A stretch of DNA of 64,000 nucleotides from contig JAQGDQ010000073.1 in NCBI GenBank assembly GCA_030141605.1, forward strand, positions 372,001 to 436,000. Direction: 5' to 3'. The notes beneath the pieces were generated by a model. The model was not told the DNA's origin, did not search any database, and was given only the letters and a program-made list of their open reading frames with translations. The stretch comes from Tubiluchus corallicola (lineage: Eukaryota; Animalia; Priapulida). Numbering within the stretch: position 1 is the first letter of the stretch; every line of letters begins with the position of its first letter. Shown here piece by piece: positions 26,201 to 39,699 of the stretch. The position numbers and the translations under genes are program-made.

Positions 26201-29200
26201 TTAAAGACTTATGATAAGTAGCTCTCATTCTCTTTGATCTGTTAACAATAGACGACTGTGTAAGGCATGTATTTAATCCAGGTAGTGGATAGCATGAGTA
26301 AATAAACACCTACTTACTTTGCAAAATGCCCCAAGTTTTGTGAAATGGTTCGCCAAAATCCTATAAGCACAAAATGTAAATAAGCTTTTCAAAAAATAAA
26401 AATATTATAAATTTTCTTTCACGGTTCTAGAGATAACCCTCAATACATTTCTGGTTTTGAGATCAAGTTTCTCAACTTTGCGATCCTGCTTTTGGCTTCA
26501 GTAGTAGTGATTATGTCTTTGTAGCAAAAATATGACACATGATCATCATTCATATATTCAACTTGCTCTGTTGCTTAAGAATTAATTGATCAAAGGTATA
26601 GTCTTGGTGGCCACAGGCATCCGAGCCTGATAAGTTTGAACACAACACTGGTCTGTGCATGTTCATATTTTCATAATTTTACAATGTTTGTACGTAATAT
26701 CGCATTCAGACCTGAGAGTTCCCTGTCGCAAGTTTGCTAGTGTGCATGGCTTTTTAAGTTACTGTCAGCAAGAAATTATACACTCTCCGACAGTTGCTGC
26801 AAGTTGAATTGTCTCGACCAGGCAGTATAGTGTTTACGATAATGCATTCAGGTCTACCAAAGACTTGAAAAAAATAGTACCGATGTTGCCCTGTTTGGCA
26901 AGTGGTATTTGGTATAAAGGTGCTGTAATAACAATCTCTGCTATGTAGGTGTAGCTTGTTATTTATAGTTGGCAATAAAGCCCTCAAGGCAGGTTTGTGT
27001 TATCTGTTGAATTTAACAGGCGAACAGCCTTTTGTTAGCAAGCCAAAAGAATCCACCTTTACTGTCTCAGAAGACCATTCAGGTTGGAATCCTCGAATTA
27101 TGACATGCATTCTATTTTATACAGGTTGCTTGATATACATCTCAATCATCCACATTTTATTTTACCTATACCTTGATATACATCTCAATCATGCTGATAA
27201 CTAACATTATGGGGCTGGCCAAAATCTGCCTTCGAAACAATATTGTTAGCTATCTAGTGTGAATGCTCTGCGAGTTTAACATCAGCAGTTCTCGACACTT
27301 GTGAGATTTTGCTCGTATTTACTGTAGGAGAGTAACTTACAGTAGATTTTGCTGTCTAGTGTAAATCACCTTGCAAGTTTCTGGTGAGTTGTTCAGAAGT
27401 TTCTTGGCCAGAAAACTCTCTAGGTTGCACAGGCCACAAGTGATGATGCAGCAGTTTTTATACTATGAAAAATGGTAATTTTCATATTTATGATTTGAAA
27501 AAGTTTACTGCACACGGTATCACTGCAATGACAACTGATCACAGTTTAATTCCGCAAAATAAATGCAAATTCTTTAAAAGGTTTAAAACAATTTAAACAA
27601 AAAGTAAGGAAAAAGAAAAAAGTCATTTTATACAGGTTTCCCATTTTGTGAAAAAAGGCTGTCTTAACACTGAAAAGCTGTCAGATAGCATATGCCATCC
27701 TAACTAAAAAATGTAAAGATAAGTCTGAGAAAGCCTGTAGACTCAATATTTCCTTCTGGGTAACATTGGTAAGTTGTAAAATCATATGACAAAGCTTGCA
27801 TAATCACCTTACAAATAAGTAAGGCAAAAGGGTAACCCGTGTAGCAAGAATGCAAGTAGAGAATGCAAGTGTAATTATTTGCATTATGCTCAAAAAACTC
27901 ATTTCTCATTTATTACAAAAAAGCATAGCTGGTAGCCAACTTCCACATAATGCACATTACTTTTTTATTTTTTCAAACTAGATACTATATCAGTAGTTTC
28001 AAAGCTGAAACTTCAAAGCTGGGTATTGAAATTTTGTTTAACTCTGGACCAGTTTTTGCAAATTTGACAGTTTACTTGTGACTGAGACCAGCTTCCACAA
28101 CTAGTAATAATCGTTATAAATAAAACTATAGTGTGGTTTGTAGAGCTTAAAAAGATCTACCGGATGGTAGTAAGTTTATATGTTTAACACATTTGCAAAA
28201 GATATACAAACACTTAAAAGTGGACAGTTTTGAGTAGTCATTAGAAAAATGCATGTTTTTAATGAGTAGCTTTTAAGTGTTAAATGTAAGAATAAGACAA
28301 ATTGCTAACATAAAACAAAATGTTACAACAATATAATAAGGAAACTTATAAGGCCAATTCTAGATCGTCGTCATTATGAAAGCACTTGCAAGTACTTACT
28401 GTGCTGACAACATAGTAGATGAATAAACTAACTCCCCACACTGACATCGTTCGGCAAGCATCTATTAATGTTCTGTGCACAGCTAAAATATCAGAAAATA
28501 CATTAAAATAACAAGGTTTCAAAGCATGCATTGATGTAAAAAACAGACATTTTTCTATTCTATGTCTTTTTATTTTGCCAGCTTTTAATATCTTTTGATA
28601 TTTTCTGGTACATATAAAAAGAAAAGCATGCAGTTAATGCAAGTTGATGTCTATACTGAATCATTCAAACATTTTCCACGACACTTTGGGCTCTTCAAGC
28701 ACTGTTTTTTTGTTGCTGTGCATTGCAGACAATTTTTGTTGCAGGAAGACAGGATGATTTTTCATATACTACCTCATTTTCAAGTCCAATAAAAAGTATA
28801 CATTTTAACACAATTAATATTACAAAAGTGTTTCTGATAATTAAATAATAGATTAAAAGCTTAATTAACGGCGGGAGAGCCCAACTACTGATGGCATCAC
28901 AAGCTAACACAATTTTCAACAACAAAAATATTTCACGAGAGTGCTGCACGTGTTTGCGAAAGTGAAAACTGAAGTACAGTGATACTGTAAGATATTCAGT
29001 GTGTTGTACTAAAACTAGGCAAGTTTTAAGATAAATATTCAAATTTCAAATTTACCACTGTGCTCGCGCATGAGCTCCGGAACGTGCGCAACTCGTCACA
29101 TACTAACACATCTGAATTAAGAGGTACAGCACCCGTTTCAGAAATGCAGGCGCTAGTACCCGTCTAACTAGCGAATGGTGAAATGCATGTAACAACGAGG

Positions 29201-32200
29201 AACTAGCAGCACAAATGCGAAATTGTGTTTTTGTGGTAATAATTCTTTCACGCAAATCATTTTTGAAAAAATAGTAGGTTTCTTTCAATATTTTAAAGAG
29301 TAGATTGTTTTGACCTACAGTATAAGGTTGACTCTGGTTTTGGTTTAAAATTGTAATTTTTTTCAAAGCTGACGTATCAAGTATAATTATGGAAAGCTAA
29401 TGTTCACCTGACTACTTTACATAAAAAATTGCATATCCTAACCTAAAATCTTCACAACTGGTCAAATATGTTTCGATAAAGGTAATTTCACATGCAAGCA
29501 TTAGACAACAGTGTTATTATCAAATTAATTGGCATTGGTTAACAGCAACTCTTCCTTCACCAAAGCATGAGTTTTGGTTTTTGTCTGAGTAGGGCATGCA
29601 TGTCAGTTTCTGCCACACAGTATTAAGCATCATAAAGCATGAATAGAGAACACAACAGTCGCATCACAGCTGTTATAACTGCTATCGCATGTAACACTAA
29701 AAGGTTAGTTTCAATCATTACCTGTTAAAGACTTTGTCACAGCCAGACCAAAAAAATTATAGAAGGCTATTGATAAGAGATACATAAAAGAAAACACGAG
29801 CAATTTTGGATCATTGAAGATTTGATAGAGAGCGTCAATGCTATTCTCATATTTCCCATTGATGTCATCACCAGGAATAAAATACATAATGGGCAAAACA
29901 ACCTGAAATGAAATAAAGATGGAAATAGACAATAAGGAAGTCATTCTTTGATATCAATGACAATGAACATAGAGAACTAGTTTAATATCTGGTTATGGTT
30001 ATATATTTAGGTTACAAACACAGCTTATGTGCTTACTGACTAATGTTGATCAACAATGGGTTTATTCGGTAAATGGATGAGTGACCACTAAAAAACGGAG
30101 GTATGATTTCATCTGCCATACTGCCCTCGGCAATTCACCAAGTATTTTGTAATTTATTATTCACTTCAGTATTACATTATAATTTGCATTAATGGTCTAA
30201 TACTATTATGTACCATAATTACAGAAAAAAGAAAAAACTTACAAGCATGGTTACAAACTGCATTAATATACTAATACTGCATAACAGTTATCAAAAAGAA
30301 ATAGATGCTACATGGTGGTAAAGATGCAAAACTTGTGAAGCCACCATTTGAACACTGCCAAGTATTATCAGCTGATATAGTGCCACACTTTTTCAAGATT
30401 ATTACAAAGAGCTAGAACCTGGTCTCGCCACAACCATTTCACTTAATAGTAAGTCCTGCCGTTGAATGCTGGTTCGAATACAGACTGTCGAATAAAATAA
30501 AAATTTAATGCATTTATGTCCAGTTAAGGTCAAAAAACAACTCATTTTAGCACAAACAACTGGTGGTTTTTGGGAGGAAGGTGAAACCAAGCAAATTTTG
30601 CCTGCATCAATTGTAAACAAAATAACAAAAATTTTGTTTTTAAGCAATGGTGTTGACAATCTTAGAGCAGGTGAGCACAAAATTACACTTGTGCATTACA
30701 TACACCTTATTAGCTTATTCCAGAAGATGTTTTCCAGAAAAGTAATTGCACACTAGTAAAAGCCAACAAGTATCTGCTCGCATCCGCACATGCTCATCTC
30801 TTTCCTTCCCCATTTCTCACTAATTGTCTCCACTCTCCCACTTCTCTCTCTCTCTCAGTCACTATTTCCTTCCCTCCCCTTCCCCCCTCCTTTTCTCTCT
30901 TACCCATTGCTTTGCTCATAAGCTTATTCTCTTCTCTCTCTTCCTGTGTCTTGCTCGGTCTTTCCCTCCCATTTCTCTTTTTCTTTCTCTCTCTATCCCC
31001 GTCCCTTCTCTCTCTCTCAAATGCCACCGAAACAATTTTCCTCACTGAAAGTTTGAAACAACATTTACGCATCAAAAAATCAATTATGTTTGAGATAGAA
31101 GATGTTGACAACCCAAGTTGCCCCGTGTTTGTTCCAGTAACTTATGTATCATTCGTGCACAAATTCATTAAAATCCAAGCAGTCATTTGGCAGCTGTGAA
31201 GAGCAAACAACCAAATAAACAAATTTCACTTGCTTAACAGTAAGAATTTTACTCTAAAAGTTACAAATTCCAAGTGAAAATGTTTCTTTTAATCTTGTCA
31301 ATGGATAAGCCTTTGAAGTGAAAAATGGTTAATTTGATGTAAAAAGAAAAGCTGCAAAAATTCTCAACAGGGAGAAATCTGCTGCTAAGCAATTATACCT
31401 GCAATGGTTAATAACTTTATCAAAGGCAATCAATACAAATGGTAAAACCATGTGTTAAACCATTTTTGACACAACCATTAACTATTATGATCTTACCAGT
31501 GCCATAAGAAAGAATCCAAATGTTCCTTCCATACCAACTACATGCAGAGGATGAAGGCACCTCTTTTTTAAAAACACCTCCTCTATTATCATCTGCGAAG
31601 CACTAACCACTTGACCAGCAAGTATGAAAATAATACCTGGGAAAGAAAGAGATATAATTAATGAAAATAAATTTCATGCCAGAGGAGAAAAACTTGGTTT
31701 TACACATTTTTACTAGCAGCTCTTATTAGTGATAACATAGGAGTAGTCTTGGAAAGTAGTGTCAATTATGCAAGACTCAAGTTGAAGCAATACAATTTTA
31801 CAAGTACAAAATTCTGATGAGAAACCAAGTTAAAATTCATCTGAGACATCATAAAATAACATTTATTAAAAATAACAGGTTTTTAAGATGCATAACAAAT
31901 GACAAGCAAAATTTGACAAAGAAAACTGGCTTTCTGGGCAAATGACAACATTGAAACAGATATACCTAATATAGTTTCGGAAGACTCGTGCTTATTTGTG
32001 TCATTGAAAACACTAGATAACCCGACAAGAGCTAGTCCAAGCATGGTGATGATCATCCCTAGCCAATGAAACCATCTCAGATCTCGTTTCAGAAAAAATT
32101 TCTACATAAAAATTATGCACATGTACTATAGATAAGAATAAATAAGCACATTTTAAAGTTTTTTTTAGCCTTGGTTTATTGTGTGCAATAAACTTAGAAA

Positions 32201-35200
32201 TGTCTGATGGCAAATTTTGTTCCCACTTATAGGTCTGGTGGCACATCTGTTAGGCACTTGATAGTCTCAGAATTACCTGCACTAGTTTTAATCACTAAAG
32301 CGATAATTACTGTACAGCAAAATGAACAGAATTAACTAGCTTATTAATCTCAATGTGGAACTGGCACCCACTTACTGAAAAAATTCCTGTAAAGATGATG
32401 ATGGATCCTCGAAGCATTTGCCAAACTGATGCATTGACGTACACCAAGCCAATTCCAGCGAGAGATGTCCCTATGAGATCACAGATTGTAGGTATTGCTA
32501 GAATTAATTGGCAAACTCTGCAAGAAACAACAATATTATTGTAACTATTGTAGCTATGTAAGTCTACCTGTCTGACCAACTGACCAGTGTATCCTTAGCA
32601 ACCAAAGTTAAGCAACACCAACCCTGACAAAGTGTGTTTGTGTGTGTGTGTGTGCATGCGCATGTGTGTGCACGCGCATGAGTGTGTGTACACTCGTTGG
32701 GAAGTAGAACTGGTACCCTCCTTGTCAAAGAGATAAGTTTCAAATCTGCCACAAACATTCCCATTAGTAAGGCCATGTTGTTGACTGCTTACAGAATGCG
32801 AACTTTGTAACACATGAACTTTATACAGAGCTCAGTGGCTTGTGTTTAATTATTTTGATTTCAATGTTTTGATATCACTAGTTTGAATGACAATGCCTAC
32901 TGGAATTTTTTATACAATTTGGTGTTTGATAGTGCCTGCTTATTACACTGATGACTGTAGCAGGACCAGAATTTAGCTAATTGCTAAGGACAATCCTCAA
33001 TGATAACATCCTGAATCGAGAGATGGTGCCTTAACCATGCTTGAGGTGAATGCACGCACAACTTCCATGTGGGAGATAAACAACCAATGACAGTAGAGAA
33101 GAATATGATTTTCCTACTTTTGATTCTTTTACTAAGCAGGTCTAACATTGCTTAACTCTGGTTGCTAAGTATGTACTTTGACCATTTAACTAAATACTTT
33201 CCTCACTCTGCCACATAAAAAATGTAAGGCAAATAAGAAAGTCAGGGTATTGCACAAGATTCAAAACACATTAGTCTCTGACACACCAAAACTAGAAACA
33301 TTCTCAGTCATAATAGTTAAATATCCCTATGCTTGTACAAGAATATCTATAAAGCTTAAACCAGAAGGTTTGTACAAAAACGTTCTGTCGGATGAGAAAG
33401 GTTTGAAAGCTTATTTGAGTCCCATAAGGCTATTTTACCAAATATTTTCAAGGGTGTTATTCTTTGTGCAAAATTCAGAAATCAATCCTGCTTGCCCCAA
33501 AAATATTTGCCACTTTACACCACAAATTACTAAAACTTATGTATGTATTCTGATCTACCTTTTTTGCTCTTGTACAGACACGTCTCCAGAAGATAGTAGA
33601 GAATCGTATTTCTAAAACAATAAATACAAAAGTTGATCCAAAAACAGTGAAGAATAAGCTAGTGCTGGCCCTCATTTATGAAATGCACTTTCAGATGAGG
33701 TCAAAACTCCCAAAGTATTACTGTTTTTAAACATAAAATTAAAACACTTTTATTCTTAGAAGCTTTTTAACTTTTTGTAATTTTCATTTGTGTCTATATA
33801 ATGTGGTAATGTTAGCCTCTAGGCTTTTACATAATTATGTTCTTAACGTAGGTGTACGGGGTCCCTGAATTTTTTTTTTGGGGGGGGGCAGAGGATTCTT
33901 TGCACGAATGCTTAGAATTTCACCAGATTTTTTAGGCCCTCATTTCTGATGACATAAGACTGAACTCATGAAGCTGATCAACATTATTTATAAGCCATAT
34001 TGAAATGTGATGCACAACACATGATATGACCTATATGGCCAGATGTTTTGACAAGCTGTGCTTGTTTGATTATGCACTAGCAACTGGATCATTAGGTTTC
34101 AAAGATTGTCATTGATTATGGTATAAACAGTGTCCTAAGAACCAGAAGTGCTGCTGTAACTTCCAGAACAGAACAGTTTACTTCCAGTGAATATTGAATG
34201 ACTGAGATGACAGAGCAATGGACTAGTAGAGAGGAATTATCCATATTTCATGACTGATATAAGAATCAGTTACATAATCTGTCAAATCAGCAATCACCAC
34301 GCAAGATGCAAGAATTAACAATGCAGCTATGCACAGACACTTGCCACTTTATCACGTCGGTCAAATTAGCTCAGAAAAAGAATTTATCAGGTTTGTTTTG
34401 TTTCGGAAATCTTTCATCAATGCGTGCGCATCGAAGACAGGAAGCGATAAGAGTTTTATAAAACAATCGGAGACCTGCAGAGAACCCAGCGACTAGTATA
34501 TTTTCAATTTTGCGAATGCTAATTGTTTCCAGACCACTCTCACTGCCGGTCCGGGACCGGGAGTCAGCGCGGACGACGCCTCCTGTGAGATCAAGATTTG
34601 GGCATCCAGGTGCATGGCATAAATATTACTCTCTCAAGATTCGGGCCATATTTGAATTCCAGGAAAAAATAAGGCGATGACAATTGAAATCTGAAAAAAT
34701 ATCAATTTCGAAGTTGAAAAAACTATTTTCTGAAAATATAACGGGCAGTTCTGCCCGAATTTGGGCGTCAATGTTGCCCGAATGTTTGGATTCCCCAAAA
34801 ATTGGGGGGGGGGGCAGTCTGCCTCACACCCCGTATGCCAATGGTTCTTAACAATATGGTTCGTAGATTTTTTGTGACCTCTAAATGTTTGGACACTGAA
34901 CAGCATTCTTATATGGATTTTAGCCAACAAAATCATTATTATTATTATTATTAAATCGAGTGCATGTGAATGTCAGTGCCATTTAAAACTTGAAATTTCA
35001 AAATTCAATGCTCAAACTCCAGAACAAAAGTGTGGCATTTTTACGGTCGGCCAACTGATTGGTTAAGAAACAAAAGGCAGTTCTGTTACCAGCATTTTGC
35101 AAAACTTAGAGAAAACAAATAATCAAATTACACTTACCGTATTTTCCCGTGTATAAGAGACCCTTTTTTGCTAAGAATTTTCACTTTAAAAATAGGGGGT

Positions 35201-38200
35201 CTCTTATACATGGGAGTAAGTCCAGAATGGAATGGTGTAAAGCCAGAGGTCATTATTAAATCTTTCAAGAAGTGTGGCATCTCCAATGCCATGGACGGCA
35301 CAGAGGACAATGCCATTTTTGAGCAGAGTGACTCCTCTGATGATGAACTGGCTGGAATTGCTGAAGGTCTGACTCCAGTTGATATTTTTGATGAGAGTGA
35401 TGAGGAATTTAATGATTTCTATGATGAATAAAGTTATTCATTACCAAAAAACTTTTTTCCAGAATTTTTGCCTAAAATTGAAGGGATCTCTTATACACAA
35501 GGGTCTCGTATACATGGGAAAATACGGTACTTCAGAGATTTAGTAACAAATATGTTTTTGAATTACAGATATAGACTGGGGTCATGTTTCTGGCCATAGT
35601 ATTTTTTGGCTGATGCAGAATTTTTTTAAATTACTATAGAGTTTTTTTCTACTAACTCAAGTATTACAAACAAGTAAGAAGAGTGCTGCTAGCTAGTACA
35701 ATTCTATTTTTTAAAATTTCTACTACATTCGATGACAAGTTCCAATTTCTGAGTAAAGGCTGATACACGATGTCATACACCGGGCATAATTTGACGACAT
35801 AAAATTAATTTACTGTTCTTAAACCAGCCATTCAGTGTTTTTCGCTCTTCCAAAACTTGATAGGGAGTTGTACTATATTTTTTTTCTGTTATTACGAGCG
35901 AGATAAAAGTTTCCCTTGTGAAATTGCCGTAGTTTGGTTTTCATGACCTTCAGGAAGTCATTCCTGATCTTAGGATTGCTTCCTATAGACTGAACATGAC
36001 TTGACTTGATATTTCACTCAAAATTGTTCCTAGGGTACTGGTGAAATAAAACACCGTTACGTCAATATTTTGCCAACATCTTTGCTGCGCAAACAGATTT
36101 TTGTTGGACAAAAAAATTTGCCTAAAGCATTTCCACATTTGAGCACTGGAAGATTATAAAATGGCAATTTTGTTAAGCGATTCACCTAATGATAAAACTG
36201 AGATTCAAGAGCAAATTCTAGCACTCTAATATTTGGAAGGTCTTTCTAGTGTTGGAGACATTCCGAAATTTAGAATGCCAGTGATTGCTCCCGACCCAAA
36301 AGTTAGACTGACTGAAATCTTCAGTATTCCTAATACGTGGTTGAAGGCAAAAATTTATAATTGATTTTCAGCTGTTACACATTGTCTTATGCAAAAGTGG
36401 TATTAAAGAGACACAAATTGGTGTCTCTTTATGAGTGTTATCTACCAACCTGCTTCTGCCACCTTGCCCTTTCACGATGTCTGATCACAAAAAGCCCAAT
36501 AAGGCACAGCATCTCACCTAAAAAATAAAGCAGTTTCACTACATTACAAAGATATTGAAGTATTTCATGGAAATTGTTATCACATTGTCAAAGGAAAATA
36601 TGAAAAAAATCTGCAAACTAATTAGGAAACTTGGATTTTGATATAAGTTTTAAAAGTATGTTGTTGACAGAATTTAATTCAGCATTTAGTGCATGATGGT
36701 GCAAAAAAGCACTAACTAGAAGAAGAACAAAATAGATACAATAAACTGAATAAAAAGAACAAAACTCTATCAAAATATTTAAAATATATATTTAACATAA
36801 ATGGCACAAATGAATTTTATTTTTAATATTGCAATCTATCTGGATCAACCAGTAGCACCTACCAGCAAAATCGATTGGTAAATTGAAATGCAAGAATGGT
36901 ACTTACATAGCATACAGATTAACTCAAATTTTTTTCAACAACTGGAATTCTGAGTTCCATGACACACACTCGTGAATATATTCTGCATTTATAAATGAGT
37001 GTCAAAGTAGAAACTAGCATACTGTTGGTAGATGATAAGAAATCAGATGTATTTGAAAGGCAAATGGGTAAAGGTCAAAATTAATGTTCCATACACTCTT
37101 CCAAACTTATTTAAATAACAACATTGCCATCAAAAAATTAACCTCAATACCTATAAACATGATAATTGTCTGAAACCATGGATGATTAAATTCGTGCACC
37201 GTTGCTGTTCCATTTGCTGTACTTTCATTTGCTACACCAGGTACCCTGTTGCAAATACACTAAAATTAATATATCTGTGATTAAGAAAGCAATAGTAAAG
37301 CAAAATATCTTGTAAATACTGGGTTTTTGAAACTATAACTTACTTCTAAATTCCACACCCCCCAAAATGTGCAGCAAACTGTAAAAATCAAATGAGGAGT
37401 ATTTTAAATAGAAGTCAGTCATCATTATCTTCATCTATGTCAATGTTACTATCATCGTCATCAACGTCGTTATAAGCATCATTCATCAAAGTCGCCATCG
37501 TCAGCATTATTTCCTCGCCATCAATTTCATTGTTGGTGAGAATTTCCAGATAACTGATCAAACCCAAAATGTTTTAATTAGGCATAATATTTTCTAATTT
37601 CTGCCGTTTGAGAAACACAAGTTTAACTTATCATGATTAGCAATTTCCGTAAATGGCACTACACAATCTAATTTAGTCAAACATATTCAATATTCCAGAA
37701 ATAAAAAATTGCCTAATTGTATCCTATATATCGATGGAGTCGCTATTGAAAGAGTTAAAACTATAACATTTTTAGGCATTATGCTTCATGAAAATCTTGA
37801 TTGGAAGCCCCATATTAATTATATAAGTTCAAAGATTGCAAAAAATGTTGGCATCATCTCAATTATTAAAAATAAATTAGACAAATTTCACTTAATAACA
37901 CTATATAACTGTCTAATATTACCTTATTTAACTTACTGTTGCATTCTACGGGGGAAAACATATCCAACAAACTTAAATTACTTAGCCAGACACCAGCATA
38001 AGTTTTTGAGAATCACTTATAATTTAACTAAACAAGCCCCAATTGAACTTATATATTTTTTATAACTGTGGGATTTTAAATTTAGATGACTTAGTTTCTA
38101 ACAACCTTGCTATCTATCTGTACATCACACACCACAGTTTATTACCCCCGCGTTTCATAAATCCTGTCGTACGCAATCACCAATATTACTTTGTTAGATT

Positions 38201-39699
38201 TAATGAATATTATATTCCATTTTGCAGGACTAATGTTGCCAGGCGCTCTCTAAAATTTACCACTCCACATCTATTGAATAAAATATCAATTTATGTCACA
38301 ACACATCGAAAACTATTTGGCTATAAAAGATATATGAAATCTCTTCTGCTCAAATCTTACTTATAATGCATTTTGGGTTTTGCCGTGAAGTGCGACAGAT
38401 ACACTACATCTCGCGACTGGTTACTTTACAGTTTATATTTTCATACTTCTGCATCGTGTTTCTGCTGAACTCCTTTCTATTTCATTTCTTTTCTCTTTTT
38501 CTCTGTCTTTGTCTATTACTTTATCTTAACTATTCCCCGTTTTTCTATAATTCTCTCTCCCTTGTAAATTAAGTAAAGTAGTTTTTTTCACTTTTCATGG
38601 TGGTCTTACAAGCTTTGCTTCTTGACCACCATGCAGCATCTATTTCTTGTTGACAAACTATTATTTAGTTTAATAACTATGTTAACATAGTTCTGCTAAA
38701 TTTTTGTAATTATATTTGAATTTTTTTCCTTAACTATACCAGAATGTAGTTCTCCCCTTACAACTCTTGTAACTATATTTCATTTTCTAGTTATAGGGCA
38801 TAATAGTTATAAAGATAATAATGAAAATTGTAATGTAAAAATACATGCTGAAGTGATAATAAATTACAATATAATTAGTATTACAAAATTACAATGAAGT
38901 TATTGAACTCATCAGTCACCAGTGCAAATGAAAGGTCATGGTATAATGAAGTAGTTGAGGCTGCAAAAAATATAACATAGATGCTAATAAAGAAAGGGTG
39001 ACGGTCATGAAAAAGTCTGAATGGAAGAAAGAAATACAGAATAAGATTGAATGTTGTATAAAGAATGAATGTGCAGAAAAATGCAGGAGCAGTACCAAAT
39101 TAAGATTTTTAAGGCATACTGAGTGGAGACGACAAAATTACATAGACACATGCAAGCCAGAAGAGGTAAAGATATATTGAAAATAAGACTGAATATGATT
39201 AAAGTTAAAGGGAACTACAAGAATGAGTTTAAGGATCAGTTATTATGCCCATTGTGTGGGGAAGATGATGATACTAATAAACATTTGCTTAGATGTGACA
39301 GATATGGAGAAAGGAAAAAAAAATTGAACTCAGATATATTATTAATGAACAGTGAAAAGGAAGGATGGCTAGAAATTAGAAATCTAGTGAACGAATGCAT
39401 GGAATACATGATAAAGACATTAAACTTGGAAAAGACAACTAAAAGATCAGCGTTATAGAAGAATAGACTTTGCACCCTATGAAGGTGCCCGCTTCTGATG
39501 GGTGGAGAGAGTCGAGTATCGCAATCGCAATCGCAACGTTTAATTCAGTCATGCATCTTGTATCAGCGGGTAAAGAAAGTTTTATTATCATAACTTGCCT
39601 ACAATCATTTTGTCCTTTTTTGCTCAAAGTATTAATGCTTCCAGTTATAAGCATTCCAAGAGTTAAAAAAATTTGATTCCATGTTAAAGTTAACGCCAT
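23222..39699 (-). CDS. SLC35F6: Solute carrier family 35 member F6-like (nucleotide-sugar transporter/DMT superfamily), 407 aa, 11 exons
   Basis: Exons 39699-39599, 37245-37151, 36517-36450, 33611-33559, 32517-32376, 32101-31966, 31636-31497, 29902-29722, 28482-28400, 26360-26318, 23403-23222 = 1224 nt, phases all consistent. Motifs GMLITGSINTLSKK, FNHPWFQTIIMFIGEMLCL, PTICDLIGTSLAGIGL, ASVWQMLRGSIIIFTG, QMIIEE, VGMEGTFG, SIAFYNFFG, HRTLIDACRT and GTAIYN. One-to-one orthology versus an invertebrate paralog is not established. Confidence 0.94.
23518..23730. repeat. Inverted pair of degenerate tRNA-Thr-like sequences
   Basis: Arms ~23518-23590 and ~23650-23730 are reverse complements. They carry an A-box-like TGGC(C/T)TAGTAG, an anticodon-arm-like CCTGTCTTGTAAACAG (left arm) and a B-box-like GGTTCAAAC (right arm). 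No acceptor stem. Confidence 0.65.
24492..24629. repeat. Long palindrome containing a hammerhead-ribozyme-like motif (Penelope-like element remnant)
   Basis: The ~46-bp core arms CCCATTAGGTCTCAATTTTTTTCACAGAAGCTTTCATCCTTCGC and GCGAAGGAAGAAAGGTTCTGTGGAAAAATTGAGACTTAATGGG pair with each other. Minus strand 24563-24529 reads CAG-CTGATGA-AGCCCGCGAAGGAT-GAAA-GCTT-CTG. Confidence 0.65.
26817..27015 (+). mobile_element. tRNA-derived SINE copy (head partly deleted)
   Basis: TACCAAAGACTTGAAAAAAATAGTACCGATGTTGCCCTG...GCAGGTTTGTGTTATCTGTTGAATTT aligns by eye with the copies at 566-841 and 44700-44930. Confidence 0.75.
30795..31018. repeat. CT-rich polypyrimidine/polypurine low-complexity tract
   Basis: About 220 bp that are almost exclusively C/T on the plus strand; explains the E/R/K-rich and S/L/F-rich ORFs here. 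Confidence 0.9.
32632..32693. repeat. (GT)n/(GC) alternating purine-pyrimidine microsatellite
   Basis: GTGTGTTTGTGTGTGTGTGTGTGCATGCGCATGTGTGTGCACGCGCATGAGTGTGTGTACAC. Confidence 0.85.
33847..34843. mobile_element. Non-autonomous hAT DNA transposon (~1 kb) with perfect 8-bp TSD
   Basis: TIRs CGTAGGTGTACGGG ... CCCGTATGCCAATG, subterminal poly-G and GCCCGAAT motifs, and identical flanks GTTCTTAA at 33839-33846 and 34844-34851. Confidence 0.88.
35137..35527 (+). mobile_element. pogo/Tc2-type deletion derivative (391 bp) retaining the transposase C-terminus
   Basis: TIRs CCGTATTTTCCCGTGTATAAGAGACCC ... GGGTCTCGTATACATGGGAAAATACGG with TA TSDs. The internal frame WNGVKPEVIIKSFKKCGISNAMDGTEDNAIF plus an acidic tail is typical of pogo-family transposase ends. 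Confidence 0.9.
37690..38860 (+). mobile_element. CR1/L2-group (Crack/Daphne-like) LINE, 5'-truncated and frameshifted
   Basis: ORFs 37709-38065 and 38043-38366 encode RT C-terminal motifs (IERVKTITFLGIMLHENLDWKPHI, LYNCLILPYLTYC, IPFCRTN..SLKF). The 3' UTR has a stem-loop CATGGTGGTC...GACCACCATG at 38596-38633. Confidence 0.88.
38870..39537 (+). mobile_element. Second LINE 3' fragment with a C-terminal CCHC zinc knuckle and (ATCGCA)n tail
   Basis: ORF 39123-39458 contains KIRLNMIKVKGNYK...CPLCGEDDDTNKHLLRC, frameshifted from ORF 38998-39180. It ends in ATCGCA x3 at 39518-39535. Clade not assigned. Confidence 0.78.

Noticed and set aside
26956-27204. ORF sharing the peptide AGLCYLLNL with ORF 44478-44735, suggesting a small gene family
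   Set aside because: Both ORFs overlap the 3' part of the same SINE family, so the shared peptide is repeat-derived.
30794-31199. E/R/K-rich and S/L/F-rich ORFs
   Set aside because: Translations of a CT-rich low-complexity tract inside an SLC35F6 intron.
35168-35431. 87-aa acidic ORF as a host gene
   Set aside because: It lies wholly within pogo/Tc2 TIRs and is the C-terminal remnant of a transposase.
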